64,000 bases of DNA from Candidatus Curtissbacteria bacterium (GCA_030647775.1 JAUSJC010000010.1:72718-136717), one strand, 5' to 3'; positions 8,375 through 19,418 are shown, numbered from the stretch's first letter. Translations and numbers: made by a program. The notes: generated from the letters alone by a model not told the origin.

Positions 8375-10717
8375 CTAGTGCCCGGGGCTAGGTGAGGGTG
8401 ATGGCGAAGGTGAAGGCGGCGGCGCGCAAGATCCGCAGAAATTCTGCTTAGAATAAGGATCAACAATTACAAACTCTTCCCGCTCTTCGGCGTTTGGCGC
8501 GCCAGCCGCAACAATTTTGTTCGTTACTTTATCTACCCAAACTTTGGCTCGCACAGCAGTCGTTGTTGTCGGTTGGGTTCCGGTCAGGAAATATTCAAAA
8601 CGGCTTGGACATCCGCCGGTAACCGGGCCGCCCGTAAAAGTGCAAATTTGCGCTCCGACAACGCCGGAAGGTACCCTTAATGCTTCATTAACCTTATCTT
8701 TCAAAACAGATTTCATAATATCATTCCAAATCGGCGCGGCACCGGTTATTCCGGATGCCAGGTATTGGCTCATCGGGTGGTTATCGTTATTACCAACCCA
8801 CGTAACTACCAGAAAGCTTGGCGTGTAGCCGATTGTCCAGTTATCACGCTTGTCATCTGTCGTTCCGGTTTTAACGGCCACCGTTTTACCCGGAATTGTC
8901 AAACCGCTGAATGGCCCGAAGGCTGCCGACCTTGCGCCGTTATCCGAAAGTATTGAGGAGATTAAAAACGAAACTTCGCGCGAAAGGACTCTCTTGCCGG
9001 CCTTTGGCTTAAACTCTTCTAGAACTCGGCCATTGGAATCTTCAACTTTTAAAATCGGGGTTAAGTCTTGCCGTACGCCGTCATTGGCAAAAACCCCAAA
9101 GGCCGTTGCCATTTCTGTCATCTTTACTTCACCGCCGCCTAGTGTCAGTGAAAGTCCGTAGCGCGAGGGGTCAGTAAACGTTGTAATCCCCATTTCTCTT
9201 GCCATTTTGATCATATCCTCGACTCCCGAAATTGCCAGCACCTTAACGGCTGGAATGTTATACGAATTGGCAAGGGCAAACCGTACCTGTACCGGGCCGT
9301 GGTATTGCCCGTCGTAATTGACCGGAGTGTAGGGTTTTGTGCCGGCCACGCCAAATGTCGTCGATACATCCATAATCACCGTTGCCGGCGTTATCAACTT
9401 TTTGGAAAGTGCTGTTGCATAATTAATTGGCTTTATTGAAGAACCCGGTTGACGACTGGCAATCGTTACGTTCACATTTCCATCTATCTTCTCGTCAAAA
9501 AAATCTTTCGAACCGACCATTGCCAAAATCTCTCCGGTTGCCGGCCTTGTCACCAGTGCCGCGCCATTAGAAACATCCAGATATTTTACCGCCTCGATAT
9601 TTTTGGCAACCGCCGCTTCGGCTGAAGCCTCGATACCCAAATCTAAAGTTGTCGTTACCTTGAGTCCTCCGTGGGTTGCCACCGCGTCGCCATACTTTTG
9701 TGAAAGCCAGTCTCTTACATACATCACAAAATGCGGCGCTTTTATATCGACCGCCGAGCGTCTAAATTTCAACTCCTCGCCAGCCGCTTTTTCCTCATCC
9801 GCCTTCGTTATATAGTGCTCCTCATACATTCGCGCGAGGACAAACTTTTGCCTTTCAAGCGCCCGCTTTGGGTTTTGCCCGAAAGGTGAATAATAAGTCG
9901 GCGCCGCCGGAAGCCCCGCAAGAAGCGCCGATTCGGCCAAATCCAAATCCTTCAGATCTTTACCAAAATACTGTTGGGCCGCCGCCGATACTCCCCAGGC
10001 CGTTCCGCCATAAGGCACCTGGTTTAAGTACATCTCCAAAATCTTGTCCTTGGAAAACGCTGTTTCTACCCTAAATGCCAAATAAAGTTCCTTAATTTTT
10101 CTGGAAACTGTCCGCTCCGGTGAAAGGAACACACTCTTAACAAGTTGTTGGGTAATTGTCGATCCGCCTTGTACATTCCCCTGAAAAAGCGTTGCCCGCG
10201 CCGCGCGTATTATGCCGTAAACATCAAACCCGCGGTGTTTGTAGAAATCCTTGTCCTCCGTGGCAATCGTCGCCTTCTTTAAATTTTCGGGAACCGCCGA
10301 AAGCGAAACGATTGTCCGGTTCTGGTCCTCGTAAACGTTAAATAAAATCTTACCGTTCCTATCAAAGATTCTTGTCGTTTGCGGAATTTGTCGTGTTTCC
10401 AACTGTTTCGGACTTGGCAAATCACGTGTCAAAAACCAAACACCAAAGACAAGCAGTGCGATGGTCAAAATCCCGACTTTAAAGCTGCGGTCCTTGTAAA
10501 TAAGCGGATGGTGGCCGATCCGGACGAATATTTGCGCTTTCTTGGAAAGGTCGATGTGTACCTTTTCAAAAGCCAGCTCAATACTGTGGGAAATTGACCT
10601 GAAAATCCAAATGGTAACGTCTCCAAAAAAGCTGACCAGGAGAATAAACCAGGTCAGAAAAGAAATGACCGTACCAAAGATTAAGGAGATTAACTTGGCA
10701 AGGGGATTAAAATTCAT
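8375..10717 (-). CDS. Class A penicillin-binding protein (PBP1A family)
   Basis: EDKDFYKHRG and GGSTITQQLVK transglycosylase motifs; SSIK, SYN and KTGT transpeptidase motifs. Confidence 0.95.
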   Translation of the reverse strand: MNFNPLAKLISLIFGTVISFLTWFILLVSFFGDVTIWIFRSISHSIELAFEKVHIDLSKKAQIFVRIGHHPLIYKDRSFKVGILTIALLVFGVWFLTRDLPSPKQLETRQIPQTTRIFDRNGKILFNVYEDQNRTIVSLSAVPENLKKATIATEDKDFYKHRGFDVYGIIRAARATLFQGNVQGGSTITQQLVKSVFLSPERTVSRKIKELYLAFRVETAFSKDKILEMYLNQVPYGGTAWGVSAAAQQYFGKDLKDLDLAESALLAGLPAAPTYYSPFGQNPKRALERQKFVLARMYEEHYITKADEEKAAGEELKFRRSAVDIKAPHFVMYVRDWLSQKYGDAVATHGGLKVTTTLDLGIEASAEAAVAKNIEAVKYLDVSNGAALVTRPATGEILAMVGSKDFFDEKIDGNVNVTIASRQPGSSIKPINYATALSKKLITPATVIMDVSTTFGVAGTKPYTPVNYDGQYHGPVQVRFALANSYNIPAVKVLAISGVEDMIKMAREMGITTFTDPSRYGLSLTLGGGEVKMTEMATAFGVFANDGVRQDLTPILKVEDSNGRVLEEFKPKAGKRVLSREVSFLISSILSDNGARSAAFGPFSGLTIPGKTVAVKTGTTDDKRDNWTIGYTPSFLVVTWVGNNDNHPMSQYLASGITGAAPIWNDIMKSVLKDKVNEALRVPSGVVGAQICTFTGGPVTGGCPSRFEYFLTGTQPTTTTAVRAKVWVDKVTNKIVAAGAPNAEEREEFVIVDPYSKQNFCGSCAPPPSPSPSPSPSPGH

Positions 10718-10815
10718 TGAAGCAAGTATAAGCGAAATTCTACCTTAATAAAACCCTTTTTCAAGATGTAAAATTATTTGACAGCAGTATCCCGACGCCT
10801 TAAACTCGCATATAT

Positions 10816-11283
10816 ATGGCGGAAATTATTGAAAAGCGCGGGCCAATAGAAAAAACCCAAAAAGGCTGGCCCATTAACCCCCTCGGCGTTGTTGTCCTGA
10901 TAATTTTAGGGCTTATCATTGCTTTTTTAATCGCCAAACCATTGCTTTCGCGCAGTTTATCTGGCGCCAAACCTGCAGTCGTGGCCCAGATCGCTGCACC
11001 CCAAGCGGGACAAATTGTAAAAGGCGATAAATTGGGAGTAGAACTTTCTGTTGACAATGCTTCTAAAGTTGCCAAAATCCAGTTTTGGGCCAAAACTTAT
11101 GTCGATAACAAATGGGAAATAATCGGCGAGGTCTCCACTTTCCCGTTTAAAATCGAATGGGTAGTGCCTTCAAATTATCAAAATAAAGCCGTTGCCGTTA
11201 CCGCCCACATTTATCTCAAAGACGGCAACGTTATAAGCGACCCCGGCGGCTGGCGCGAGGGGATAATTATCCTCCAACCCTAA
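10816..11283 (+). CDS. Membrane-anchored Ig-like domain protein
   Basis: Single TM followed by a beta-rich domain. Confidence 0.6.
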   Translation: MAEIIEKRGPIEKTQKGWPINPLGVVVLIILGLIIAFLIAKPLLSRSLSGAKPAVVAQIAAPQAGQIVKGDKLGVELSVDNASKVAKIQFWAKTYVDNKWEIIGEVSTFPFKIEWVVPSNYQNKAVAVTAHIYLKDGNVISDPGGWREGIIILQP

Positions 11284-12401
11284 TGTACAACAAGGGATTC
11301 AGAAAACTTCTTGTCTTTTACTTCGCGTTTTTACTATTTGTTACTTTTAGTAAATCAACTCTGCCGACATATTATTTGGAGAACGGTTTTTCTTATCGGG
11401 AGATTATTTTTGGTATTTTCTTAATCTTCTGTTCCCAGATAATCGCTTTATTAACAGTCAAGAAGTTATCCTCGCGAACCTCTTGGTATTTGGCTCTGAT
11501 TACTTTCCTCACCTTTATTTTATTAATAATCAAAATTATGAACCCAGTTCAGTTCTACGTGGCCCTTTTTATTAGTGGTCTCTACCTGTTTTTCTTTTTC
11601 GTCTTTTACAATATTGCCCATTTTGAATACACCAAAAGGGAGAAAATAGGTGAGAGTTCCGCACTAATGTTTAGCTTCGGCCCTATCATTAGTATTCTTG
11701 CCCCGCTTCTTGCGGGCTTTTTTGCACGAGTTAATATTTCCCTTAACTGGTTATTCTCTGTTTGTCTTTTCCTAATCTGTATCCTTCTTGTTAAAAGCCA
11801 GAAGGATTTTTATTTAAAGTTCGAAACAAAAGCCTCTTTACAGTATATAAAACCAACGAGATCCTTTATTTTCATCGGAGGAATCTGGGAAGCTCTGGTT
11901 CTGGGGATTATTCCTGTTTATACCCTATTCTTCATTAAAACGCCTTTAAATTATGGTATTTTTCTTTCGTACCTCGGCGTGATTGCAGTTGTGTCCAATT
12001 TGCTTTTCGGCAGGTTTACCGACCGGATCCAAAAAAGATCAGTATTTCTTTATCCGATAACTCTAGCTATTGCTCTGGTGACCTTTTTATTTGTTCTTGC
12101 TGCAAAAAATATTTATCTCTGGATAATTTTAGCCGGAACTATCAGTTTTCTTCTGCCGTTTTTTTGGAACGTATCAACAGCAATGATTGTTGACGCTCAT
12201 GAAAATCTAAGGATGGCTATACCGGCTAGGGAATTAACCTTAGGGAGCGGTAGAGCCATTGGTTTATTGATCGTATTTTTGAGTTTTTTTGTAGAAAAAT
12301 CCCCCAAATATATTTTCATTTTCTTGGGATTTGTTATGCTACTTTACCCCCTGAATCTCTACTGGAACACCAAGATAAAAAAGAAGTATCAATATTTATA
12401 A
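11283..12401 (+). CDS. MFS transporter
   Basis: About 12 TM segments; GRFTDRIQKR motif-A-like loop. Confidence 0.75.
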   Translation: MYNKGFRKLLVFYFAFLLFVTFSKSTLPTYYLENGFSYREIIFGIFLIFCSQIIALLTVKKLSSRTSWYLALITFLTFILLIIKIMNPVQFYVALFISGLYLFFFFVFYNIAHFEYTKREKIGESSALMFSFGPIISILAPLLAGFFARVNISLNWLFSVCLFLICILLVKSQKDFYLKFETKASLQYIKPTRSFIFIGGIWEALVLGIIPVYTLFFIKTPLNYGIFLSYLGVIAVVSNLLFGRFTDRIQKRSVFLYPITLAIALVTFLFVLAAKNIYLWIILAGTISFLLPFFWNVSTAMIVDAHENLRMAIPARELTLGSGRAIGLLIVFLSFFVEKSPKYIFIFLGFVMLLYPLNLYWNTKIKKKYQYL

Positions 12402-12427
12402 AAAATATCGAAACTCTTAATTCTAAT

Positions 12428-12796
12428 CTATTTCTTCCCCAAATAGCTCCAAAAAGCAAAAAGCCCAACGGCTAAAATCACCCCAAATAAATTAAACAGA
12501 TTTAAAACCTGCGAGGCGGTGAGTTGGGCAACCGAAGCCACAAAAAGTGCCACGAAAAACGCCATTTTAAACGAAGTTTTAAAGTACCAACTCGGGTCAT
12601 AGCGCTTATAAAACTTTGTCCTTACAAAATAAAGCAAGCACCCAAGACCGCAAAATACAAAAGTAAATAAAAGTGCGTCAAAACCCGCGAAAATATACCA
12701 AGGCGCTTTTTGCGGGTCAAAAACCGTCACGATCCAGGCAATCCCAAAAAGCGAAGCGAATGCGGCGAGAAATGTAAAAGGCAAAAGTTGATGCAT
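12428..12796 (-). CDS. Small 4-TM membrane protein
   Basis: Hydrophobic ORF; start moved to MHQLL because the upstream part is repeat-derived. Confidence 0.65.
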   Translation of the reverse strand: MHQLLPFTFLAAFASLFGIAWIVTVFDPQKAPWYIFAGFDALLFTFVFCGLGCLLYFVRTKFYKRYDPSWYFKTSFKMAFFVALFVASVAQLTASQVLNLFNLFGVILAVGLFAFWSYLGKK

Positions 12797-12979
12797 AAAT
12801 ATATTGTAACCCAGCTCCGTCATTGCGAGCGACCTGCCTGCCGGCAAGGCAGGAGCGAAGCAATCTCAAACAAGAAAGATTGCTTCGTCGCCCTGAGCGA
12901 AGTCGAAGGGCTCCTCGCAATGACATCTGATAGGTTCTCGACTTCGCTCGAACGATATTCTTATGCTAAAATCCGCTAG

Positions 12980-13984
12980 ATGACTCCCCAAACAACCATC
13001 TTCATCATCGCTGCATTGGTTATTGTGTCTTTTGCAGCCTTGTATCTCCAAATTAAAAAACTCAGCGAGCCGAAACAAAAGGACGAGACAACCGACCTTT
13101 TGATGAAACTCATCAAACAAATTCAGGAATCTTCAGATAAAACCACCCAGATGACGCAAAAACAGCTGGCCGAAACGACCCGCTCACTCAATGAACGTTT
13201 AGATAAGGCCGCGCAGGTTATCTCCGGCGTTTCCAAATCCGTCGGCGAAATGACCGAACTCGGCCGCAGCATGAAAGACCTCCAGGAATTTTTGCGCTCG
13301 CCCAAAATGCGCGGACAAATGGGGGAGGCAGTCTTAAAAGATATGCTGGGTCAAGCCCTACCAAAGCAAAATTTCCACCTGCAATACGCTTTTAAATCCG
13401 GTGAAATTGTCGATGCCGCCCTAAAGCTCGAGCAGGGGATAATCCCGATCGACGCCAAATTCCCGATGGAAAATTTCCGCAAAATGGCCAAAACCGATGA
13501 CGAAAAAGAAAGGGAAGCAATAAGGAAACTTTTTATTGGCGACGTCAAAAAACATATCGACGCCATTTCCAGCAAGTACATTCGTCCCCAAGAAGGCACT
13601 TTGGATTTTGCGCTAATGTATATTCCGGCAGAACCCGTTTACTACGAAATCCTAACTAACTCGCCGGAGTTGGACGAATACGCTTACCAAAAACGCGTTC
13701 GTCCCGTATCACCCAATACTTTATACGCCTATCTGCGCGCCATCATCATGTCACTCGAAGGATCAAAGATAGAAGCCCAAGCGGGGCAAATCCTGGCGGC
13801 GCTTCGCGAAATCGGTGCCGAAACAAATAAGTTTGGAGAATCTTTGGCGCTTTTAACCAAACACATTAAAAACGCTTCCGCCACCACCGATGACGTCAAC
13901 ACCCGTTTTTCGCGCCTGTCTTCCCGTATTTCCTCTGTCCAGTCAATCGAAGCCAAGAAAGTAAAAGTATTAAAAGAAAAGTGA
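12980..13984 (+). CDS. rmuC: DNA recombination protein RmuC
   Basis: N-terminal TM, coiled coil, RGQMGE, IDAKFP, KYI, DFALMYIPAE and VSPNTL motifs. Confidence 0.92.
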   Translation: MTPQTTIFIIAALVIVSFAALYLQIKKLSEPKQKDETTDLLMKLIKQIQESSDKTTQMTQKQLAETTRSLNERLDKAAQVISGVSKSVGEMTELGRSMKDLQEFLRSPKMRGQMGEAVLKDMLGQALPKQNFHLQYAFKSGEIVDAALKLEQGIIPIDAKFPMENFRKMAKTDDEKEREAIRKLFIGDVKKHIDAISSKYIRPQEGTLDFALMYIPAEPVYYEILTNSPELDEYAYQKRVRPVSPNTLYAYLRAIIMSLEGSKIEAQAGQILAALREIGAETNKFGESLALLTKHIKNASATTDDVNTRFSRLSSRISSVQSIEAKKVKVLKEK

Positions 13985-14667
13985 CAGACCTTTCCAATAT
14001 CCGCTACATAATCTCCGATTGGGACGGAACGCTTTCCGATTCATGGCCAGATTATTTGGCCGCCTTCTGTAAATTGATGGAAGAAAAATTCGGGGTCGAT
14101 CCTGATAAAAGCAAACAGTATTACAATTTTACTGCAGGCGCCGCCTTATCAAACCAAATCAAAGAAGCGGCCCAAAAATTTGCTAACACCACTGTCGAAG
14201 ATACTATTGAACTGGAAAATCTATTCTGGAAATATCAAAAAGATTTACCCGCGCCTCCCGTCATAAACGGTGCGTCTCAAGCGCTCCAAGAGCTTAAAAA
14301 CAAAGGTTATAAAATTGTTGTCTGGTCTGGAACCCGAAGCGATATATTGGTGGACAGATTAGTTAAAACTGACCTCGACAAATTCATAGATTTCTCTATC
14401 GGCAACGTTCCTGGTAGTAGCACCCAGGTTAAAGGGCAAGGACTTTTTGCGGAAATTGCCAAACATCTCAATATTTCAACAGATGAACTTCGTCAAAAAG
14501 CAGTAGTAATCGGTGACGGAACCGGCGATATAAAGGCAGGGAGAGAAGTAGGATGTCCTACAATTGGTATTCCCAAAAAGCCGGAAGACGGAAAAGTTCT
14601 AGAAACCGCCGGCGCAGATTTTGTTATCCAATCGATCAAAGATTTACCAAGTCTTCTAACAAAGTAG
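13981..14667 (+). CDS. HAD-family phosphatase
   Basis: DWDGTL motif I; IGDGTGDI motif. Confidence 0.85.
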   Translation: MTDLSNIRYIISDWDGTLSDSWPDYLAAFCKLMEEKFGVDPDKSKQYYNFTAGAALSNQIKEAAQKFANTTVEDTIELENLFWKYQKDLPAPPVINGASQALQELKNKGYKIVVWSGTRSDILVDRLVKTDLDKFIDFSIGNVPGSSTQVKGQGLFAEIAKHLNISTDELRQKAVVIGDGTGDIKAGREVGCPTIGIPKKPEDGKVLETAGADFVIQSIKDLPSLLTK

Positions 14668-14687
14668 TCTCGTGCTAAAATGTCGGC

Positions 14688-17600
14688 GTGTCCAGTGTTC
14701 TCAAAGATTTAAATCCCGAACAACTTAAAGCCGTAACCACGACCGTTGGCCCGCTACTTATAATCGCCGGGGCCGGAACCGGCAAAACCGCCGTCATCGC
14801 TCACAGGATCGCCGCGATTATCGAAAAAAAACTGGCCAAGCCCTCCGAAATTCTGGCGCTAACATTTACCGACAAAGCCGCCGGCGAAATGGAAGAGCGC
14901 GTCGACATTTTAGTCCCTTACGGTTTTATCGATACCTGGATTTCTACCTTCCACGCTTTTGGCGACAGGATCCTGCGCGACAACGCCCTGGATATTGGCC
15001 TGACCCCCGATTTCAAAGTCCTTTCCCGCCCCCAGCAGGTTTTATTTTTCCAGCAAAACCTCTTTCGTTTTCAACTCGATTATTTCCGCCCGCTTTCCAA
15101 CCCCACCAAATTTATCTCCTCCATTCTTTCTTTTTTCTCCCGCTTAAAAGACGAAAACGTCAGCCCTGAGGAATTTCGGAAGTACGCTAAACGACTAATG
15201 ACCAGCGCCAAAGATCAAGAATCGAAAATCGAGGCCAAGAAGTACCAAGAGCTTGCTCAAGCCTTTGAATCTTACGAACGTTTCAAAGAAGAAGCCGGTT
15301 TTTTGGATTTTGGCGATCAGGTTGTTAAAGCAATTGAGCTATTTAAAAAGCGCCCCAAAATTCTGGCAAATTACCAAGACCAGTTTAAATATATTTTGGT
15401 TGACGAATATCAGGACACCAACTTTGCCCAAAACGAATTGGTTAAACTATTGGCCGCCCGCCACAAAAACATTTGCGTCGTCGGCGACGATGACCAATCA
15501 ATTTACAAATTCCGCGGCGCGGCAATTTCCAATATTTTGGAATTTAAAAAAACTTTCCCAAAAGCCGTGCAGGTTGTCCTTACCCAAAACTACCGTTCCA
15601 CCCAGGCAATTTTGGACAGCGCTTATAAATTGATCCGCCACAACGACCCGGATCGCTTGGAAGTCCAAAATAAAATCGACAAAAAATTGAAATCAACTGG
15701 CGGCCAGGGTATTCCGCCGCAGGAAATTTTTGCCGACACTATTTCCGAAGAAGCCGACGCGGTCGCCGGCGAAATCGAAAAGTTAATGGCAAAAAGCGTT
15801 AGTCGTTCGCCTGCCTTGCCGGCCGGCAGGTCGTTAGTCGTTAGTCGATATTCATACCGCGACTTTGCCATTCTGGTCCGCGCCAACTCCCAGGCCGATC
15901 ATTTTCTGCGGGCCCTAAACATGAAAGGCATTCCCCATAAGTTTGTCGGTTCATCCGGTCTTTACCAGCAGCCCGAGGTCAATCTTCTGATTTCTTTTCT
16001 AACTGCCATTTCTAACTTTGAAGATAGTCTGAACCTTTTTAACCTCATGACTTCCGAAATTTACGAAATGCCGGCTATCGACGCCATCAAATTAACTTCC
16101 TGGGCCAAACGTAAAAACCGTTCGCTTTTTTATATCCTTAAGAGTTTAGGGTCCGACCCTCAACCAAAAAAAGATGAAGCGTTTGAAAAGGGTCGGACCC
16201 TTGACGGCTTGGATATTTCCGGCGAATCAAAAGCCGTTGTCGAAAAACTGATTGAAGACCTAAAAGAATCAATCGAACTTTCCAAATCCCAAACTGCCGG
16301 CCGTGTGCTCTACAAATTCCTGGAAGGTGCCGGTTATCTCAAAAAGCTGGAACGTCAAAATGGAGTAGATTCTCAAATCAAAATCCAAAACATCGCCAAG
16401 TTTTTCGATAAAGTCAAAGAATTTGAAAACGTCGCCAGCCCGACATCGCCTAACGGCTCAGCGTTTGGCGGGCGGGCCAAAGTCCACACCGTTTCCCAGT
16501 TTGTCGATTATCTGGAAGCAATCCGCGGTGCCGGCGACGACCCGGCGACAGTGGAATTTGACCCGGAGACGGATGCCGTCAATGTCATGACCGTTCACGG
16601 GGCCAAAGGTCTGGAATTTCCGGTAGTTTTTATGGTCAACCTTGTTGCCGACCGTTTTCCGGTCCGTTCCCGCTCCGACGCCATCGAGGTTCCCCAAGGT
16701 CTCATTCGCGAAACTTTGCCGCAAGGAGATTGGCACCTACAGGAAGAGCGCCGCCTTTTTTATGTCGGGGCCACCCGCGCCAAAAATCTTCTCTATTTTT
16801 CCTGGTCCCGTGATGTCGGCGGCTTGCGCGCCAAGAAAATCTCCCCGTTTGTTTTGGAAGTTCTCGACAAAGCCAAATCAACAGCCGACCTTATAAAACT
16901 TTCACCGCTTGAAAAAATCGAAAAATTCGCCCCCGCCCCTCCGCGTACGACTCAACAAGTCATGTTCGATGTCGATGTCCTAAAGCTCACCCAGGGGTCA
17001 ATCGATGATTACTTAACGTGCGCCTACAAATACCGCTATATCCACATCTTGCGCATTCCCATTCTCCGCCACCACGCCATTGCCTACGGCGCGGCTCTTC
17101 ACAGTGCCGTCGGTGCTTTTCTGACATCTAAGAAAAATGGCCGCATGCTGACCATTGCCCAAACTCTGGAAGTTTTTGAAAACGCTTGGGATAGCGAAGG
17201 ATTTTTGACAATCGAACATGAAGAAAAAAGAAAAGCCGCCGGTAAACTGGCGCTGGAAAGTTTATGGAAACGCGAATCAAAAGACCCTAAACTGCCGACT
17301 CTTATCGAATCAAAATTTAATTTTTCGTTAAAAGAAGTAACAATAGTTGGCCGTTTTGATCGGGTCGATATCGGGCCCGGATCCAAAGTTCACATCATTG
17401 ATTACAAATCCTCCGAAAATATGGATCAGGAAAAGGCAAACGCCCAAGCCAAGCAGTCAAATCAATTGGCAATCTACGCTCTTTATTACTGGAAGCGCCA
17501 CAAAATTATTCCCGAAAAGTTAACGCTCCACTTTTTAGAAAACGGGGTAGAGGGAAGTTACACACCAACCGAAAAGGATTTGGAAAAAGTTGAAAAATTA

Positions 17601-17741
17601 ATACTCGATACCGCCGAAAACATCCGCGCCGACAGCAAAAATAATGCTTTTGCCGCCAAACCCAAGTATTTCGGCCGCGAACCGGCTTGTGTCTACTGTG
17701 CATACAACACAATCTGTCCATTCTCTCTGGCCAAAGTCTAA
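14688..17741 (+). CDS. UvrD-family helicase fused to a PD-(D/E)xK nuclease (AdnAB/AddA-like)
   Basis: AGAGTGKT, DEYQD and KGLEF motifs; GRFDRVD..IIDYK; cysteine pattern C...CxxC-C. Confidence 0.9.
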   Translation: MSSVLKDLNPEQLKAVTTTVGPLLIIAGAGTGKTAVIAHRIAAIIEKKLAKPSEILALTFTDKAAGEMEERVDILVPYGFIDTWISTFHAFGDRILRDNALDIGLTPDFKVLSRPQQVLFFQQNLFRFQLDYFRPLSNPTKFISSILSFFSRLKDENVSPEEFRKYAKRLMTSAKDQESKIEAKKYQELAQAFESYERFKEEAGFLDFGDQVVKAIELFKKRPKILANYQDQFKYILVDEYQDTNFAQNELVKLLAARHKNICVVGDDDQSIYKFRGAAISNILEFKKTFPKAVQVVLTQNYRSTQAILDSAYKLIRHNDPDRLEVQNKIDKKLKSTGGQGIPPQEIFADTISEEADAVAGEIEKLMAKSVSRSPALPAGRSLVVSRYSYRDFAILVRANSQADHFLRALNMKGIPHKFVGSSGLYQQPEVNLLISFLTAISNFEDSLNLFNLMTSEIYEMPAIDAIKLTSWAKRKNRSLFYILKSLGSDPQPKKDEAFEKGRTLDGLDISGESKAVVEKLIEDLKESIELSKSQTAGRVLYKFLEGAGYLKKLERQNGVDSQIKIQNIAKFFDKVKEFENVASPTSPNGSAFGGRAKVHTVSQFVDYLEAIRGAGDDPATVEFDPETDAVNVMTVHGAKGLEFPVVFMVNLVADRFPVRSRSDAIEVPQGLIRETLPQGDWHLQEERRLFYVGATRAKNLLYFSWSRDVGGLRAKKISPFVLEVLDKAKSTADLIKLSPLEKIEKFAPAPPRTTQQVMFDVDVLKLTQGSIDDYLTCAYKYRYIHILRIPILRHHAIAYGAALHSAVGAFLTSKKNGRMLTIAQTLEVFENAWDSEGFLTIEHEEKRKAAGKLALESLWKRESKDPKLPTLIESKFNFSLKEVTIVGRFDRVDIGPGSKVHIIDYKSSENMDQEKANAQAKQSNQLAIYALYYWKRHKIIPEKLTLHFLENGVEGSYTPTEKDLEKVEKLILDTAENIRADSKNNAFAAKPKYFGREPACVYCAYNTICPFSLAKV

Positions 17742-17881
17742 CCCCCGCCTGTCATTGCGAGGAGTTCTGCATTGCAGAACGACGAAGCAATCTCTTCATA
17801 ACCGTCATTCCGAACTTGTTTCGGAATCTAGATCCTGAAATAAATTCAGGATGACAGTAACAGTTGTATAATCAATTCACA

Positions 17882-18553
17882 ATGCAAAAACGCGGAATTA
17901 TCCTCCCACTAATCCTTATCGCAATACTCGCCATTGCCGGTTTAATCGCCCTCGGAATCTCTATTGGCAAAAAATCCTCCGGCCCAACAGCGACAAATCC
18001 GGTTGTTACAGTTCAAGCCTCACCCGTTCCATCTCCATCTCCAGATGAAACTGCAAATTGGAAAACATACACCAATAATCTTGTAAAGTTCTCTCTCAAG
18101 CTTCCGACGGATATAGAAGTAGTAGGAATAGGTATAGGGCCACCAGCGGCAATTGATGCAAGCGAAGTCATAATTTGTAGAGGTTGCAATAATTCCGTAG
18201 ACCCAGCAAAGACGCCTCTAATCTATATCCGGACGACTGAACTAAAATACACAATTTTCAAAGACATGGCTTTTTCTGGTATCGTGAAACAAAATTATGA
18301 TGCCAACATTGCCAATAAAAATAGCACCAAATCCGTTATTAAGCCACTGCAACAAATTACTTTTGCAGGAGAGCCGGCCTTTACTTATACTTTGGATAGC
18401 TCAGGCTACAGTGGCAAATATGACGGCTTTACGACTTATTCAGGCATAAACAAAATCATTGAGGTTCAACGTAATGGAATCTTTTATGTTTTTATTTATG
18501 TGCAAGATTCGACTTTTGACCAAATCCTCTCCACCTTCAGGTTCACGCAATAG
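17882..18553 (+). CDS. Exported protein, pilin-like N-terminus (paralog 2)
   Basis: MQKRGI..., DETANWKTY, QILSTFRF. Confidence 0.7.
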   Translation: MQKRGIILPLILIAILAIAGLIALGISIGKKSSGPTATNPVVTVQASPVPSPSPDETANWKTYTNNLVKFSLKLPTDIEVVGIGIGPPAAIDASEVIICRGCNNSVDPAKTPLIYIRTTELKYTIFKDMAFSGIVKQNYDANIANKNSTKSVIKPLQQITFAGEPAFTYTLDSSGYSGKYDGFTTYSGINKIIEVQRNGIFYVFIYVQDSTFDQILSTFRFTQ

Positions 18554-18697
18554 AGATTGCTTCGCTTAGAGTTTCCGACTTCGCTCGCAATGACATAATT
18601 AGTTAGTTCTCGACTCGTTCTGCAATGCAGAACTTGCTCGAACAATATTGTTCGACTTTATGGAGAACCTCCTCTATAAAAGTGCTATCATAAATCA

Positions 18698-19243
18698 ATG
18701 TCCAAACACGGCTTCGTTGGCCCTGCAGTTGTCATCTTAGTTGCTCTCATTTCAATCGCCGGTTTAATCGCTCTTGGAATCTACATAGGCAAAAAATCCT
18801 CCGGCCCAAAGGCAACAAATCCGGTTGTTACAGTTCAAACCTCACCCGTTCCATCTTCTGATGAAACCGAAAATTGGAAGACATACACTATGAAAGATGT
18901 AAAAATCACTTTCAAATATCCCCCAGATTGGAAAATGAGTGAATACCCGGTAAACCAAAGTGGCAATTATAGTGCTCAATTTAATGGTAAAGAAGGCCGC
19001 ATAGACCTTATCTGGGGTGGAGAAGGCTATGGAGGAGCATGTCCCGGGGGATATGAAAAAATAAATTTTCTTAGTAAGAATCAAGATGTTTGTCGCTCAA
19101 TTCAGCCAAACGGCTCAGAGATTATAGGAATACTTTCGGCAACACCTGATAACACACCATTCGATATAGGCCTTACGAGTAATTCTAAGGAAAACAATGA
19201 TTTAATGCAGCAAATCCTTTCCACCTTCAAATTCACAAAGTAG
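18698..19243 (+). CDS. Exported protein, pilin-like N-terminus (paralog 3)
   Basis: MSKHGF..., DETENWKTY, FKYPPDW, QILSTFKF. Confidence 0.7.
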   Translation: MSKHGFVGPAVVILVALISIAGLIALGIYIGKKSSGPKATNPVVTVQTSPVPSSDETENWKTYTMKDVKITFKYPPDWKMSEYPVNQSGNYSAQFNGKEGRIDLIWGGEGYGGACPGGYEKINFLSKNQDVCRSIQPNGSEIIGILSATPDNTPFDIGLTSNSKENNDLMQQILSTFKFTK

Positions 19244-19418
19244 AGATTGCTTCGCTTAGCTCGCAATGACATAATTAGTTAGTTCTCGACTCGTTCTGCA
19301 ATGCAGAACTCGCTCGAACAATATAGTTCGACCTTGCCTGCCCGTCAAAACTTTAGTGTCGTCGGGTGGAGAACTTCCAATTGACTAGATTCTGAAACAA
19401 GTTCAGAATGACAGGAAT

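Noticed and set aside
17341-17741. Cas4/CRISPR adaptation gene
   Set aside because: The nuclease is fused to a UvrD helicase (repair type); no cas1/cas2 or array present.
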